From Waddliaceae bacterium (GTDB lineage Bacteria > Chlamydiota > Chlamydiia > Chlamydiales > SLFE01): DNA of 64,000 bases. Every line of letters starts with the position of its first letter. The stretch's first letter is position 1. The stretch covers positions 64,001 through 128,000 of the forward strand of contig CAWAPJ010000008.1 of NCBI GenBank assembly GCA_963783885.1, given 5' to 3'. The notes under the pieces are model-generated. The model did not search any database. It had not been told where the DNA came from and saw only the letters and a program-made list of their open reading frames with translations. A program made the translations under genes and the position numbers. Positions 37,201-46,485 of this stretch are shown here, in pieces.

Positions 37201-40200
37201 ATTTCGTTCGTACATCTACACAATCACTCGCAGTATTCGATACTGGATGCTCTGTCTCCCGTGGATATCATTGCAAAAAGAGCCTCTGAATTTCAAATGC
37301 CGGCGGTCGCTCTAACCGACCATGGCAATATGTTCGGTGTCGTCGAATTCTACAAAGCCTGCAAGCAAGAAGGTGTGAAACCCATTATTGGATGCGAGGT
37401 CTACCTGGCTCCCGGCTCCCGCTTCGAAAAAAAGAAGGGTGCTTACAATAAAGCTTCCTACCATTTGACGCTTCTCGCAAAAAATCAGCAGGGCTATCAC
37501 AATCTTTGCAAGCTCTCGTCAATCGGTTATCTCGAAGGGTTTTATTACAACCCTCGGATTGATTGGGAAGCTTTAGAAAAATACCATGAAGGGTTGATCT
37601 GTTTATCGGGTTGCCTTAGCAGCGAAATTTCCCAGACGATCATCCACGGCTGCGAAGAAGAGGCGCTAGCAAAAATCAGACAGTACCGGGAACTCTTCGG
37701 CGACGATTTTTACCTCGAGATTCAGCGGCATCAAATGTCGGAGGAGGCCATAGAGACGGACGGGCTGAGGAAAGAGGCGTGGCTTGAGCAGTTTTATCAC
37801 GACTTTTTGTCGAAGCAGCTTCAGGTGTCTGAAACTTTGCTAAAAGCCGCAAAAAAGGAAAGCATTCCCCTTATTGCAACAAACGACTGCCATTATATCG
37901 ATAGGGATGACTGGATGTCGCACGAAATTCTCCTCAATGTCCAGTCGGGAGAACCGTGCGAGATTTGGGAGATGGACTCGCTGGGCAATCCAAAATTTCG
38001 AAAGCCCAATCCCAAAAGGCGCACCTATCCCTCCCACGAACTCTACTTCAAATCAAAAGAGGAGATGCATAGCCTTTTTCACGATCTTCCCGATGCTATT
38101 GAAAACACAGTCAGAATCGCCGAAATGTGCGATGTGGAGCTGGACTTTAAGACAAAACATTATCCGGCATACATCCCTCCTTCGCTCGAGGGAAAAAAAT
38201 ACACGAAGAAAAAGCAGAAAGAAGAAGCGGAAAACTATCTTCGCCAGCTATGTGAAAAGGGGATTGCGCGGCGCTATACTCCCGAGAGGCTCGCGGAAGT
38301 GGAAAAAATTTATCCCGGACAGGATTCCATGCAGGTGGTTCAGGACCGCCTTGAGCTTGAAATGAGCATCATCGCCCCGAAAGGGATGTGCGACTATCTC
38401 CTCATTGTTTGGGACTTCATCAACTGGGCCAAGGGACAGGGAATTCCCGTGGGGCCCGGACGGGGATCGGGGGCCGGATCGATTGTCTGCTATCTGATCG
38501 GGATCACCGATATTGAGCCGCTTCGCTTTCAACTATTCTTTGAAAGATTTATCAATCCGGAGAGGCTCTCATACCCCGATATCGACGTTGACATCTGCAT
38601 GTCAAGGCGCGGCGAGGTCATCGCTTATACTCTCAACAAATACGGCAAGGATAACGTCGCGCAGATTATCACATTCGGCACAATGAAAGCTAGGATGACC
38701 GTTAAAGATGTCGGCCGTGTCCTAAATGTCCCTTTGAGCAAAGTGAATCAGATCTGCAAACTCATTCCCGAAGATCTCAACATCACTTTGGAAAAAGCTC
38801 TGGAAAAAGATCATGAACTTAAGAGTATGGTCGACAGGGACGAAGACACGCGGCGGATCATGGAGCGGGGAAAGAAACTTGAAGGCTCCATCCGCAACAC
38901 GGGCATTCATGCTGCCGGCATTGTCGTCTGCGGAGATCCTCTGACCGATTATATTCCGATTTGCAATGCCAAAGATTCCGAGCTTCCCGCAACGCAGTTT
39001 TCCATGAAGCCGGTCGAACAGGTCGGAATGCTCAAAATGGACTTTTTGGGGTTGAAGACTCTGACCTGCATTAAAATGTGTGTCGATGAGATCAGGGAAA
39101 ACCATAGCAGGGAGATCGACTGGGTTAACCTTCCTCTCGACAACGAAGCTGCCTATGAGATTTTGAATCAGGGCAAGACGATGGGGATATTCCAGATGGA
39201 ATCTGGAGGCATGCAGGAACTTGCCCGGAAACTTCATTTGGACCGCTTTGAAGAGATTTTTGCCGTCGGCGCCCTTTACCGCCCCGGTCCCATGGATATG
39301 ATTCCCTCGTTTATCAATCGCAAACATGGACGGGAGCCGATTGAATACGATCATCCCTGGATGGAAAACATTCTTTCCGAAACCTATGGAATTATGGTCT
39401 ACCAGGAACAAGTGATGCAGATCGCTCAAAAAATGGCCGGATACACTCTCGGCGAAGGTGATGTGCTCCGAAAAGCCATGGGGAAAAAAGACCATGACGA
39501 GATGACAAGGCAAAGGGAAAAATTTAGAAAAGGGTGCATTGAAAACGGAATTGACGAGGAGACAGCGACCCTTGTCTTCGACAAGATGGAGAAATTTGCC
39601 TCTTACGGCTTCAATAAATCGCACGCCGCCGCTTATGGCTATATCACATACGTCACTGCTTATCTGAAGGCAAACTACCCCAAAGAGTGGCTTGCCGCTC
39701 TGATGACCTGCGATCGCGACGATACAGCCAAAGTGGCGAAATTCATACGGGAGAGCCAGGCAATGGGGATTGCGGTCCTCCCTCCCGACATCAATGATGC
39801 CGGGGATACATTTGCCGGGGCAGAAGAAGGGATCCGCTTTGCTATTTCGGCGATTAAAGGGGTGGGATCGGGAGTCGTGGAATCCATCTGTGAAGAGAGA
39901 CAAAAAAATGGCCGTTATCAAAGCCTGTACGATTTTATTAAACGAATCGATACAAAACGTGTCGGAAAAAAAGTGATCGAATGTTTAATCGACGCCGGAT
40001 GCTTTGATTTTACCGGCTGGAGCCGCGATGCCCTCCGGGAAAGCGTCGAACCGATGTACGATGCCAGCTCGCGGGAGCAAAAGGATAAGGCTTTGGGATA
40101 TATGAGCCTTTTCGACAATCTCGGCGACACGCGGGAGGATCAATTTGCCAATCCCCCAAAAGTTTTGCATCCCACTTCAAAAAACGAGCTCCTTTTTAAA

Positions 40201-40914
40201 GAAAAAGAGCTATTGGGATTCTTTTTGACAGGACATCCTATGGATGCGTACAAGGACATCATGCAGAGGCTCTCTTGCGTGGCGCTTCGCAATATAGAGG
40301 AAATGGACAATAATTCTGTCTTTCGTTCCGCTGTCCTCATTGAAACTGTCGGTATCCGTTTCTCCAATAAGACGCAGAAGAAATTCGCCATACTCAATAT
40401 CAGCGACGGCATGGTGAGTTATGAGCTTCCCATCTGGCCCGACATTTACGAGCAGAAAAGCCATCTCTTGAATGAAAACCAGCTTCTCTATGCTGTCTTA
40501 GAGTTGGAAAAGGACGGAGGCGACGTGAAGCTGTCATGCCGTTGGCTGGACGATCTCACTCTCGCATCCGAGGAGATGATTGCCGAGTGCGACAAAGCAT
40601 TTGATAAAGCGAAATTTTTTTCCACGAGGAAAGAACAAATGAAAGACAAGCAGCCAAAACAGCCGAAGAAAGAAAAGAAAGGGCCAAGCCAATTTCAAAT
40701 AAAAGTCGACGCCGAAAACTTTCGGCACACCCATGTCTTGAAGCTCAAAGAGCTCTTTGAAAAAAGCCGGGGCGAGACGAAGGTCTCTATCAACTTCTTC
40801 ACAGGGGATAAAAAAATAGCCTCCGTCCATATAGACCATCCTTGGGGAATCGACGTCAGTCCGTCGCTCAAATCCCAGGTTAAATCGCTTGACGGCGTTC
40901 TTGATGCGGGTTAA
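37201..40914 (+). CDS. dnaE: DNA polymerase III alpha subunit; apparent ATT start
   Basis: (M)SFVHLHNHSQYSILDA from 37201, ALTDHGN, GPGRGSGAGS, PDIDVD, YGFNKSH. Confidence 0.97.
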   Translation: MSFVHLHNHSQYSILDALSPVDIIAKRASEFQMPAVALTDHGNMFGVVEFYKACKQEGVKPIIGCEVYLAPGSRFEKKKGAYNKASYHLTLLAKNQQGYHNLCKLSSIGYLEGFYYNPRIDWEALEKYHEGLICLSGCLSSEISQTIIHGCEEEALAKIRQYRELFGDDFYLEIQRHQMSEEAIETDGLRKEAWLEQFYHDFLSKQLQVSETLLKAAKKESIPLIATNDCHYIDRDDWMSHEILLNVQSGEPCEIWEMDSLGNPKFRKPNPKRRTYPSHELYFKSKEEMHSLFHDLPDAIENTVRIAEMCDVELDFKTKHYPAYIPPSLEGKKYTKKKQKEEAENYLRQLCEKGIARRYTPERLAEVEKIYPGQDSMQVVQDRLELEMSIIAPKGMCDYLLIVWDFINWAKGQGIPVGPGRGSGAGSIVCYLIGITDIEPLRFQLFFERFINPERLSYPDIDVDICMSRRGEVIAYTLNKYGKDNVAQIITFGTMKARMTVKDVGRVLNVPLSKVNQICKLIPEDLNITLEKALEKDHELKSMVDRDEDTRRIMERGKKLEGSIRNTGIHAAGIVVCGDPLTDYIPICNAKDSELPATQFSMKPVEQVGMLKMDFLGLKTLTCIKMCVDEIRENHSREIDWVNLPLDNEAAYEILNQGKTMGIFQMESGGMQELARKLHLDRFEEIFAVGALYRPGPMDMIPSFINRKHGREPIEYDHPWMENILSETYGIMVYQEQVMQIAQKMAGYTLGEGDVLRKAMGKKDHDEMTRQREKFRKGCIENGIDEETATLVFDKMEKFASYGFNKSHAAAYGYITYVTAYLKANYPKEWLAALMTCDRDDTAKVAKFIRESQAMGIAVLPPDINDAGDTFAGAEEGIRFAISAIKGVGSGVVESICEERQKNGRYQSLYDFIKRIDTKRVGKKVIECLIDAGCFDFTGWSRDALRESVEPMYDASSREQKDKALGYMSLFDNLGDTREDQFANPPKVLHPTSKNELLFKEKELLGFFLTGHPMDAYKDIMQRLSCVALRNIEEMDNNSVFRSAVLIETVGIRFSNKTQKKFAILNISDGMVSYELPIWPDIYEQKSHLLNENQLLYAVLELEKDGGDVKLSCRWLDDLTLASEEMIAECDKAFDKAKFFSTRKEQMKDKQPKQPKKEKKGPSQFQIKVDAENFRHTHVLKLKELFEKSRGETKVSINFFTGDKKIASVHIDHPWGIDVSPSLKSQVKSLDGVLDAG

Positions 40915-41016
40915 CCGCTCTCAAATCTTTGGCAGGTTACAGTTCCCCAAAAGCAAACAGTTTGAGTAGAATTTTTTTTGGTTATTTGTAAAATTAACAT
41001 AAATCAGCAGAGGTTT

Positions 41017-41796
41017 ATGAAATTGAGATTGGTATTTCTGTCTATTCTATGTTTTTTCCAAATCCATGATTTAAAATGTGTCGATATAAAACCTCGGGAG
41101 GAAGTTTACACAATTACATCGAACGATTTAGTCGCTACCATACCGAAAACCGGGACAAATTTATTGCTAAAGTGCCTGAAGCTCATTAAATTAAAACATG
41201 GAGATAGCAGCTTGACATCCTGGCGGCATGAATGGCGAAGTGATGACACAGATATTGTGTCTATAGGTCCGACTCAGTCAAAAATAGACTTCATTCAGAA
41301 AAACCACATGAATTTGGTACTTATCATTCGCGATCCAAGAGACCTAGTCACGGCAATCGCCAGATGTGAAACGAAAAAGATTACCTCAGAACTTATTGAC
41401 GACATTATTAACTTTCCCGGAAAGCATTTATCTAAAGTGGCTTGCGATTTTCCCTACTTTTTAAAGTATTCTTCCTTTTTGGAAGTCTATGAAGAATATC
41501 TCGAATGGGATCAGTATCCTTTTGCCTACATTGTCCGTTTTGAGGATCTGATTGGCGAAAAGGGCGGAGGAAGCAAAGAGAGGCAGATTCAGGAAATCTT
41601 GAATATCGCCAGTCATATCGGAAAACCTTTAAGCTTTGATGAGGCCTGTTCGGTAGCGAGTGAATTATTTGGAGGGACTCCGACTTTCAAACAGGGAAAA
41701 ATTCAGGATTGGAAGAAACATTTTTCAGAAGAAAACCTGAAAACATTTAATCGTTTGAATGGAGATCTGCTTGAGATTATCGGCTATGAAGATTAA
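41017..41796 (+). CDS. PAPS-dependent sulfotransferase-domain protein with signal peptide
   Basis: TIPKTGT (5'-PSB loop), IIRDPRD (3'-PB), RFEDL, TFKQGKIQDWKKHF. Confidence 0.85.
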   Translation: MKLRLVFLSILCFFQIHDLKCVDIKPREEVYTITSNDLVATIPKTGTNLLLKCLKLIKLKHGDSSLTSWRHEWRSDDTDIVSIGPTQSKIDFIQKNHMNLVLIIRDPRDLVTAIARCETKKITSELIDDIINFPGKHLSKVACDFPYFLKYSSFLEVYEEYLEWDQYPFAYIVRFEDLIGEKGGGSKERQIQEILNIASHIGKPLSFDEACSVASELFGGTPTFKQGKIQDWKKHFSEENLKTFNRLNGDLLEIIGYED

Positions 41797-42244
41797 ATTA
41801 TTGCTGGCATTTTTATTTTTGCAGGGATTCATCAATCTTACTGAGGCGGTTGATGCTGCGGAGATTGAAGAGTGTCTTGTGATCACTATCCCAAAGGCAG
41901 GAACGCACCTTCTAGTTAAATATTTCCAGATTCTCCTAAGACCCTGATTGCTACCTAAACTTGTTGTCAGGTTTGAAGATATCGTCGGGGATAAGGGGAA
42001 GGGGAGCCGTTTGATGCAGCTGCAAACCTTCCAAGCTATCAATGAATATCTAAATATCTCTGTCGAGGAAGATGAATTTGTCGAGATAGTCGATTCTCTG
42101 TGGGGAAAAGATGATCCCGAACAGATACATCAGCCCACTTTTTTCAAAGGTTATATAGGAAGATGGGAGGAGGAGTTTGACGATCTCGATAAAGCCATCA
42201 TGGAAGACTTTTATGGCCGGCTCATTTCCGAACTGAGATATTAA
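41786..42244 (+). pseudogene. Second sulfotransferase paralogue, disrupted and internally deleted
   Basis: N-part TIPKAGT and C-part VRFEDIVG...TFFKGYIGRW are joined across an IS end; the RDPRD region is absent. Confidence 0.85.
41941..41967 (+). mobile_element. Solo IS982 left-end remnant
   Basis: accctgattgctacctaaacttgttgt identical to 42509-42535; preceded by ctaag (CNNNG). Confidence 0.9.
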
Positions 42245-42508
42245 GCACATTTATAGAGACTCAAGCATCCTAATTGCTGACCATAGCAACCAGATTTTGC
42301 AGAGCTTCAGGGATTGCTTTTCTTAGCTTAAGCCTAATAGTAAAAAAGAGAAGAGGAGCGAGAAGGCCTTTGACCCTTAAATTGTGTTGAATCCGAACCT
42401 GCGAATCACTGATTTTTTCAAGCTGGTGTGTGAAGACCAACTTCGTTCGGGGCATTTTTGTGATGTTGACATGAGATGTTTGGGTTAAATCAGAAATGCA
42501 CCCCTTTG

Positions 42509-43548
42509 ACCCTGATTGCTACCTAAACTTGTTGTTAAAGTCTTTCGTTGGATTCAGATGCGTAGACTCGATTTGAAGGCAAGGGTAATCCCTTGCCGAT
42601 AATCGAGGCTTAGCAGATGAATTCAATGAAAGATTTTAACGACAATAGTCTCTATGATACTTCCTTAGCCAAAAAAAGGGGGCATCATGGAAACTTACGC
42701 AACAACAGTTTATGTCATCAGCGAAGAAATCCTTCGAATTTTGGGGATTAAAGACGATCCTCAATCTCAAATGTCCAACGCAGAAGTGATAACTTTTGCT
42801 ATTTTATCAGCAAAATATTTTTCTTGTAACTATAAAATGTCCAGATATTTATGTAAAAGATTACGATTATTCAGAGCTATTTTAAGCAATAGCCGGCTAA
42901 ATCGCCGAATTCATAAAATTCCTTGGATTTGTTGGAACGCCATTTTCCGTTTTTTAGCTCTATTTTTTAAGCAAATAAATAAAGATCAGGGTTTTGCTAT
43001 AGACAGCTTTCCAGTTTCATGTTGTCAGAAAAATAGAATCGATAAACGGAAGGTTTTTCTAGAACGAAGGTATTTAGGTTTCGCAGCTTCTAAAAAGCGT
43101 TACTTTTGCGGCATAAAAGTTCATATGATTGTGACGAGCGAAGGCAAGCCGGTTGAAGTTCTTTTCAAGCCAGGAGCAGTAAGCGATGTAAAGGTGCTCT
43201 GGGAAATGAAACTGGACATTCCACCAGATTCTAAACTTTATGCAGATGGTGCGTATAATTGCTTTGATTTAGAAGACATCTTGAAAGAAGAACAAATTAC
43301 ATTGCTTGCAAAACGGGGATGTAAAGCAAAGAATAGAGTCCGAACACCAATTGAAGAGAGGGAAATTAGCAGCAAGCCACAGATTGTCGAGACGACATTT
43401 AGCTGCATAACAAACCTTTTCCAAAGAACTTTTAAGTTCTGCACTGAACAAGGCTTTTTGATAAAAGTATTCTGTGCAATTCTTGCCTATAGTGTTTCGT
43501 TTTTATGCTCGTGTAAGCTCTAGCTAAGGTTTAGGTAGCAATCAGGGT
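42509..43548 (+). mobile_element. IS982-family insertion sequence, 1040 bp, 20-bp perfect terminal inverted repeats, 5-bp duplication CTTTG
   Basis: accctgattgctacctaaac (42509-42528) / gtttaggtagcaatcagggt (43529-43548); ctttg at 42504-42508 and 43549-43553. Confidence 0.93.
42687..43523 (+). CDS. IS982-family DDE transposase
   Basis: MSNAEVIT, SRLNRR, IDSFPV, GFAASKKRYFCGIKVH, LYADGAY, IVETTFS. Confidence 0.92.
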   Translation: METYATTVYVISEEILRILGIKDDPQSQMSNAEVITFAILSAKYFSCNYKMSRYLCKRLRLFRAILSNSRLNRRIHKIPWICWNAIFRFLALFFKQINKDQGFAIDSFPVSCCQKNRIDKRKVFLERRYLGFAASKKRYFCGIKVHMIVTSEGKPVEVLFKPGAVSDVKVLWEMKLDIPPDSKLYADGAYNCFDLEDILKEEQITLLAKRGCKAKNRVRTPIEEREISSKPQIVETTFSCITNLFQRTFKFCTEQGFLIKVFCAILAYSVSFLCSCKL

Positions 43549-43791
43549 CTTTGGTTTCAGACAGCCAGTCGTTCCTTTTGCAAAATCTCCATTGAGATGA
43601 CTCCACTCAAGGTCTTTATCCCACTTATGCCAGTTTGGGACATCTTTCCAAATATTCCAAACCTCATCGGGTGTGGCATTTGCTGTCATTTCAACATTGA
43701 TTTCCCAATTAAACATAATGAATCTCTTTTGATAAATGATTTTATCCATCTAGGAAGTGTTTGTCTAAAGAAATAACTGTATAAAAAATAT

Positions 43792-44412
43792 TTATCTAAA
43801 TGAATAAATGATAAAGAAGGCGCCGAAAGCGATAATGGCGCCGCCGACAAACTTGCGGATGAGGTTTAAGTAGCGGAATTTGATGCGGGTTCTTAAGAGA
43901 GAGGCTGTGAGAGAAAGCAAGGTCCACCAGACCATGGATCCCCCAAAGACACCGGCGACCAAAATGGACGTTTCGGTATGAGTCCTTCCCCCTTCAGTAG
44001 CTGCAAGACAGGCGAACAGCGTTCCGAATAAAATGATGGTCAGGGGATTCGATATGGTAAAGAAGAATGTCGAGAGGAAGGCCTGTAGTTCGGTCGTGTA
44101 GGCTGCCCCGGAAAAATGTTCGATCGGCGGGGCTGTGAAAATGCGCCATCCTATGTAGCACAAAAAACTTCCTCCGAAAATACCGAAAATAAGATAATGT
44201 TCGAGGAGCCATACTGAGATGGACGTGAGGCCCCAGCCCGCCAGCGCCGAGTAAAATGTATCGGCGATAGCGGCCCCGAGGCCGGCGAGAAGCGCGACGC
44301 GAAATCCTTGGGAAAAGCCGTAATTAAGGCATAATATACCTATGGGCCCCAGAGGGGCCGAAACTGCCAGACCAATCACGATACCGTTGAGCGCTTCGTA
44401 CATAATTCCCAT
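43792..44412 (-). CDS. LysE/RhtB-family exporter
   Basis: SAPLGPIG, GLGAAIAD, TISNPLTI, GVFGGSMVWW. Confidence 0.88.
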   Translation of the reverse strand: MGIMYEALNGIVIGLAVSAPLGPIGILCLNYGFSQGFRVALLAGLGAAIADTFYSALAGWGLTSISVWLLEHYLIFGIFGGSFLCYIGWRIFTAPPIEHFSGAAYTTELQAFLSTFFFTISNPLTIILFGTLFACLAATEGGRTHTETSILVAGVFGGSMVWWTLLSLTASLLRTRIKFRYLNLIRKFVGGAIIAFGAFFIIYSFR

Positions 44413-44462
44413 AATGTTAAGATACTGCGAAGGGAATTACAAGGGAATTCCTATCTTTGATC

Positions 44463-44491
44463 TTGACAGTTAGAAACTTGTTACTTACTCT
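44463..44491 (+). promoter_or_regulatory. Sigma70/66-type promoter for the bamD operon
   Basis: TTGACA-N17-TACTCT. Confidence 0.55.
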
Positions 44492-44514
44492 TATTGTAAA
44501 TTGAAGGGATTTTC

Positions 44515-45492
44515 ATGATAAGACGAACTTTTTTTCTTGCCATTTTCCTCTTGGGGCTGTCGTTTCAGCAAGTTTATGGAGGATACACGATACATAATTG
44601 GAACATAGTCGATGTCGATAATTTGGCCACCCTGACTCCAGAGAAGCATTACCAGTATGGATGCGAGGCCTACCACTTTCAGGACTGGAAAGAGGCGGCC
44701 CGCCACTTTCAGATTGTCTCTCACAATTTTTCCCATACTCAGATGGGCATCGAATCAAAATTTTATTTAGGGATATCTCATTTTTATTTTGGCGAGTATG
44801 AATTCGCGAATGAGGCATTCTCAGACTATTTGCGATGCACCAATAATCCCGAGCATCTCGAAGACGCAATTGAATACAAATATCTGATAGCGCAAGCGTT
44901 CCGCGCCGGGGCAAAACGGCATATCATGGGGTCCAAACACCTGCCCGCCTGGCTGGACGCCACGGAGCAGGCCATCGAAACTTATGATGAAATCATCACC
45001 GCTTTTCCCTGCCACCGCCTTGCTGTGGAAGCTTTGTATGATAAAGCCTGCCTCCTCTGGCAGATTGAAGACTACCGGGGAGGGGTTGAGTCGTTTACGA
45101 CATTGATCAGGCGGTTTCCAAAGCACGAGAAGGCTCCTGAAAGTTATTTGATGATCTGCCGCCTCTATTTGGCACAGGCTTCAAAGGAATTTCAAAATCC
45201 CGATATTTTGGCTTTGGCAGAACTTAACGTGAAAAAATTCGAAAATGATTTTCCGACAGATGAACGTCTGGAAGAAGCCAGGGGGTATGTGCAAAAGGTG
45301 AAGGAAACTTTTGCTCAGGGACTTTATGATACGGGAAGGTTTTTTCAGAGGTGCCGTCAGCCGGAGGCATCTATTCTCTACTACCAAAGCGCCATTGATC
45401 AGTTTCCCGAAACACATGTTGCGGATCATTGCCGCATGAGGATGGACCGCCTTGGCGTTAAAGTCGCCGCTGAAGATGAAATCGATTATTAG
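44515..45492 (+). CDS. bamD: BamD/ComL-like TPR outer-membrane assembly factor
   Basis: Signal peptide; TPR repeats with the FP.H..A pattern; GRFF..C.QPEASILYY. Confidence 0.75.
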   Translation: MIRRTFFLAIFLLGLSFQQVYGGYTIHNWNIVDVDNLATLTPEKHYQYGCEAYHFQDWKEAARHFQIVSHNFSHTQMGIESKFYLGISHFYFGEYEFANEAFSDYLRCTNNPEHLEDAIEYKYLIAQAFRAGAKRHIMGSKHLPAWLDATEQAIETYDEIITAFPCHRLAVEALYDKACLLWQIEDYRGGVESFTTLIRRFPKHEKAPESYLMICRLYLAQASKEFQNPDILALAELNVKKFENDFPTDERLEEARGYVQKVKETFAQGLYDTGRFFQRCRQPEASILYYQSAIDQFPETHVADHCRMRMDRLGVKVAAEDEIDY

Positions 45493-46039
45493 AAGGTTGT
45501 TAGCGATTGCCCTGATTTTCACCCTTCCCGGCTGCGGATACCGGATGGGGTATGGGGAGATTCCTGCTTCTTATCACAGTATAGCCGTCCCCTTTGCCGA
45601 AAATGACGCTACGGGGGCCTTCACTGCTGAATTGGTTCATGTCCTTTCAACTTCAGGGGCTTTTGTTTATGATCCCTGCCGTCCGGATCTCATTCTCAAG
45701 GTAAAGATACTGGAATATTATGATGAAAATATCGGCTTTCGGTATGATCGCAATAAACAGGGGAATATAGAAAAGACCTTGGTCCCTTCAGAGACTAGGC
45801 GGTTTGTCAAAGTGGAAGTGGCTCTCTTCGACACCAGCAGCCGTTGTTTGGTTTTAGGACCCGATATTTTGCGGGCTAATGTGGAATTCGATCATGAATT
45901 TAACTCCAGCCGGGATGCTGTAAACGTTTTCTCGTTGGGCCAGGTGACTGATGTTGATGGGGCTATCGATGCGGCTTCCAAACCGTTGAATGCCGCGATG
46001 GCGAAAAAGATAGTCGATTACATCGTTAACGCTTGGTGA
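45476..46039 (+). CDS. lptE: LptE-like lipoprotein
   Basis: Lipobox LPGC followed by GYR; SIAVPF; C-terminal MAKKIVDYI..AW. Confidence 0.65.
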   Translation: MKSIIRRLLAIALIFTLPGCGYRMGYGEIPASYHSIAVPFAENDATGAFTAELVHVLSTSGAFVYDPCRPDLILKVKILEYYDENIGFRYDRNKQGNIEKTLVPSETRRFVKVEVALFDTSSRCLVLGPDILRANVEFDHEFNSSRDAVNVFSLGQVTDVDGAIDAASKPLNAAMAKKIVDYIVNAW

Positions 46040-46485
46040 GGAAATCGGTGCCTATTCGTCAAAATGTAATCAAATCCTTTGAGGCTAAGTTGGATAGCCT
46101 ATATTCTATGCTGAACCTCATCAAATCCTACGCCGAAGCGATGGGCTTTGAAGATAAGGATCTGTCCCGGATAGAGCTTGCTTCCGAGGAAGCTTTAGTC
46201 AATATTATCGAATATGCTTATTCTGAAAAAGAAAACGGAGTCGTTGAGATTTCCCTAGCCGGCGCTAGTGCCGGGGAACTTCAGATAAAAATAATCGATG
46301 AGGGGATTCCCTTCAATCCACTGTCAAATTCCAAAAAATTTAAAATCAAATCATTCGAAACCAACCCAACTATCGGGGGCTATGGGACTTATTTTATTAT
46401 CGAGCTGATGGATAGGGTTGAATACGAAAGGCAGGGAAACGCCAACATCTTGACTTTGATCAAGCAGCTTCCTGGTAGGACCTGA
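46033..46485 (+). CDS. rsbW: Anti-sigma-factor Ser kinase, RsbW family
   Basis: ELASEEALVNIIEYAY, DEGIPFNP, GGYG, LMDRVEY. Confidence 0.9.
   Translation: MVRKSVPIRQNVIKSFEAKLDSLYSMLNLIKSYAEAMGFEDKDLSRIELASEEALVNIIEYAYSEKENGVVEISLAGASAGELQIKIIDEGIPFNPLSNSKKFKIKSFETNPTIGGYGTYFIIELMDRVEYERQGNANILTLIKQLPGRT

Larger units (their letters stand above)
42270..43716 (-). pseudogene. SRPBCC/polyketide-cyclase-like gene interrupted by IS982
   Basis: ATPDEVWNIWKDVPNWHKWD N-terminus; removing the IS and one CTTTG gives a continuous frame ...GCLKPKGCISDLTQTSHVNITKMPRTKLVFTHQL... Confidence 0.85.

Noticed and set aside
38722..39921. 399-aa antisense ORF inside dnaE, and similar shadows inside aspS, clpC, tkt and rplC
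   Set aside because: Fully antisense to conserved genes, with no motifs; typical codon-bias shadows
42529..42645. Idea that the hairpin loops base-pair with target sites like an IS110 bridge RNA
   Set aside because: I could not see a consistent match between loop sequences and flanking targets, and the enzyme is a DDE transposase making target duplications
34676..43548. Recurrent accctgattgctacctaaac as a possible CRISPR repeat
   Set aside because: Copies are inverted and dispersed, with no regular spacers or cas genes; they are IS termini
43531..43749. 72-aa ORF ending KPKTLIAT and 61-aa ORF 42270-42455 as separate genes
   Set aside because: They are two halves of one IS-interrupted gene; the TLIAT tail is IS sequence
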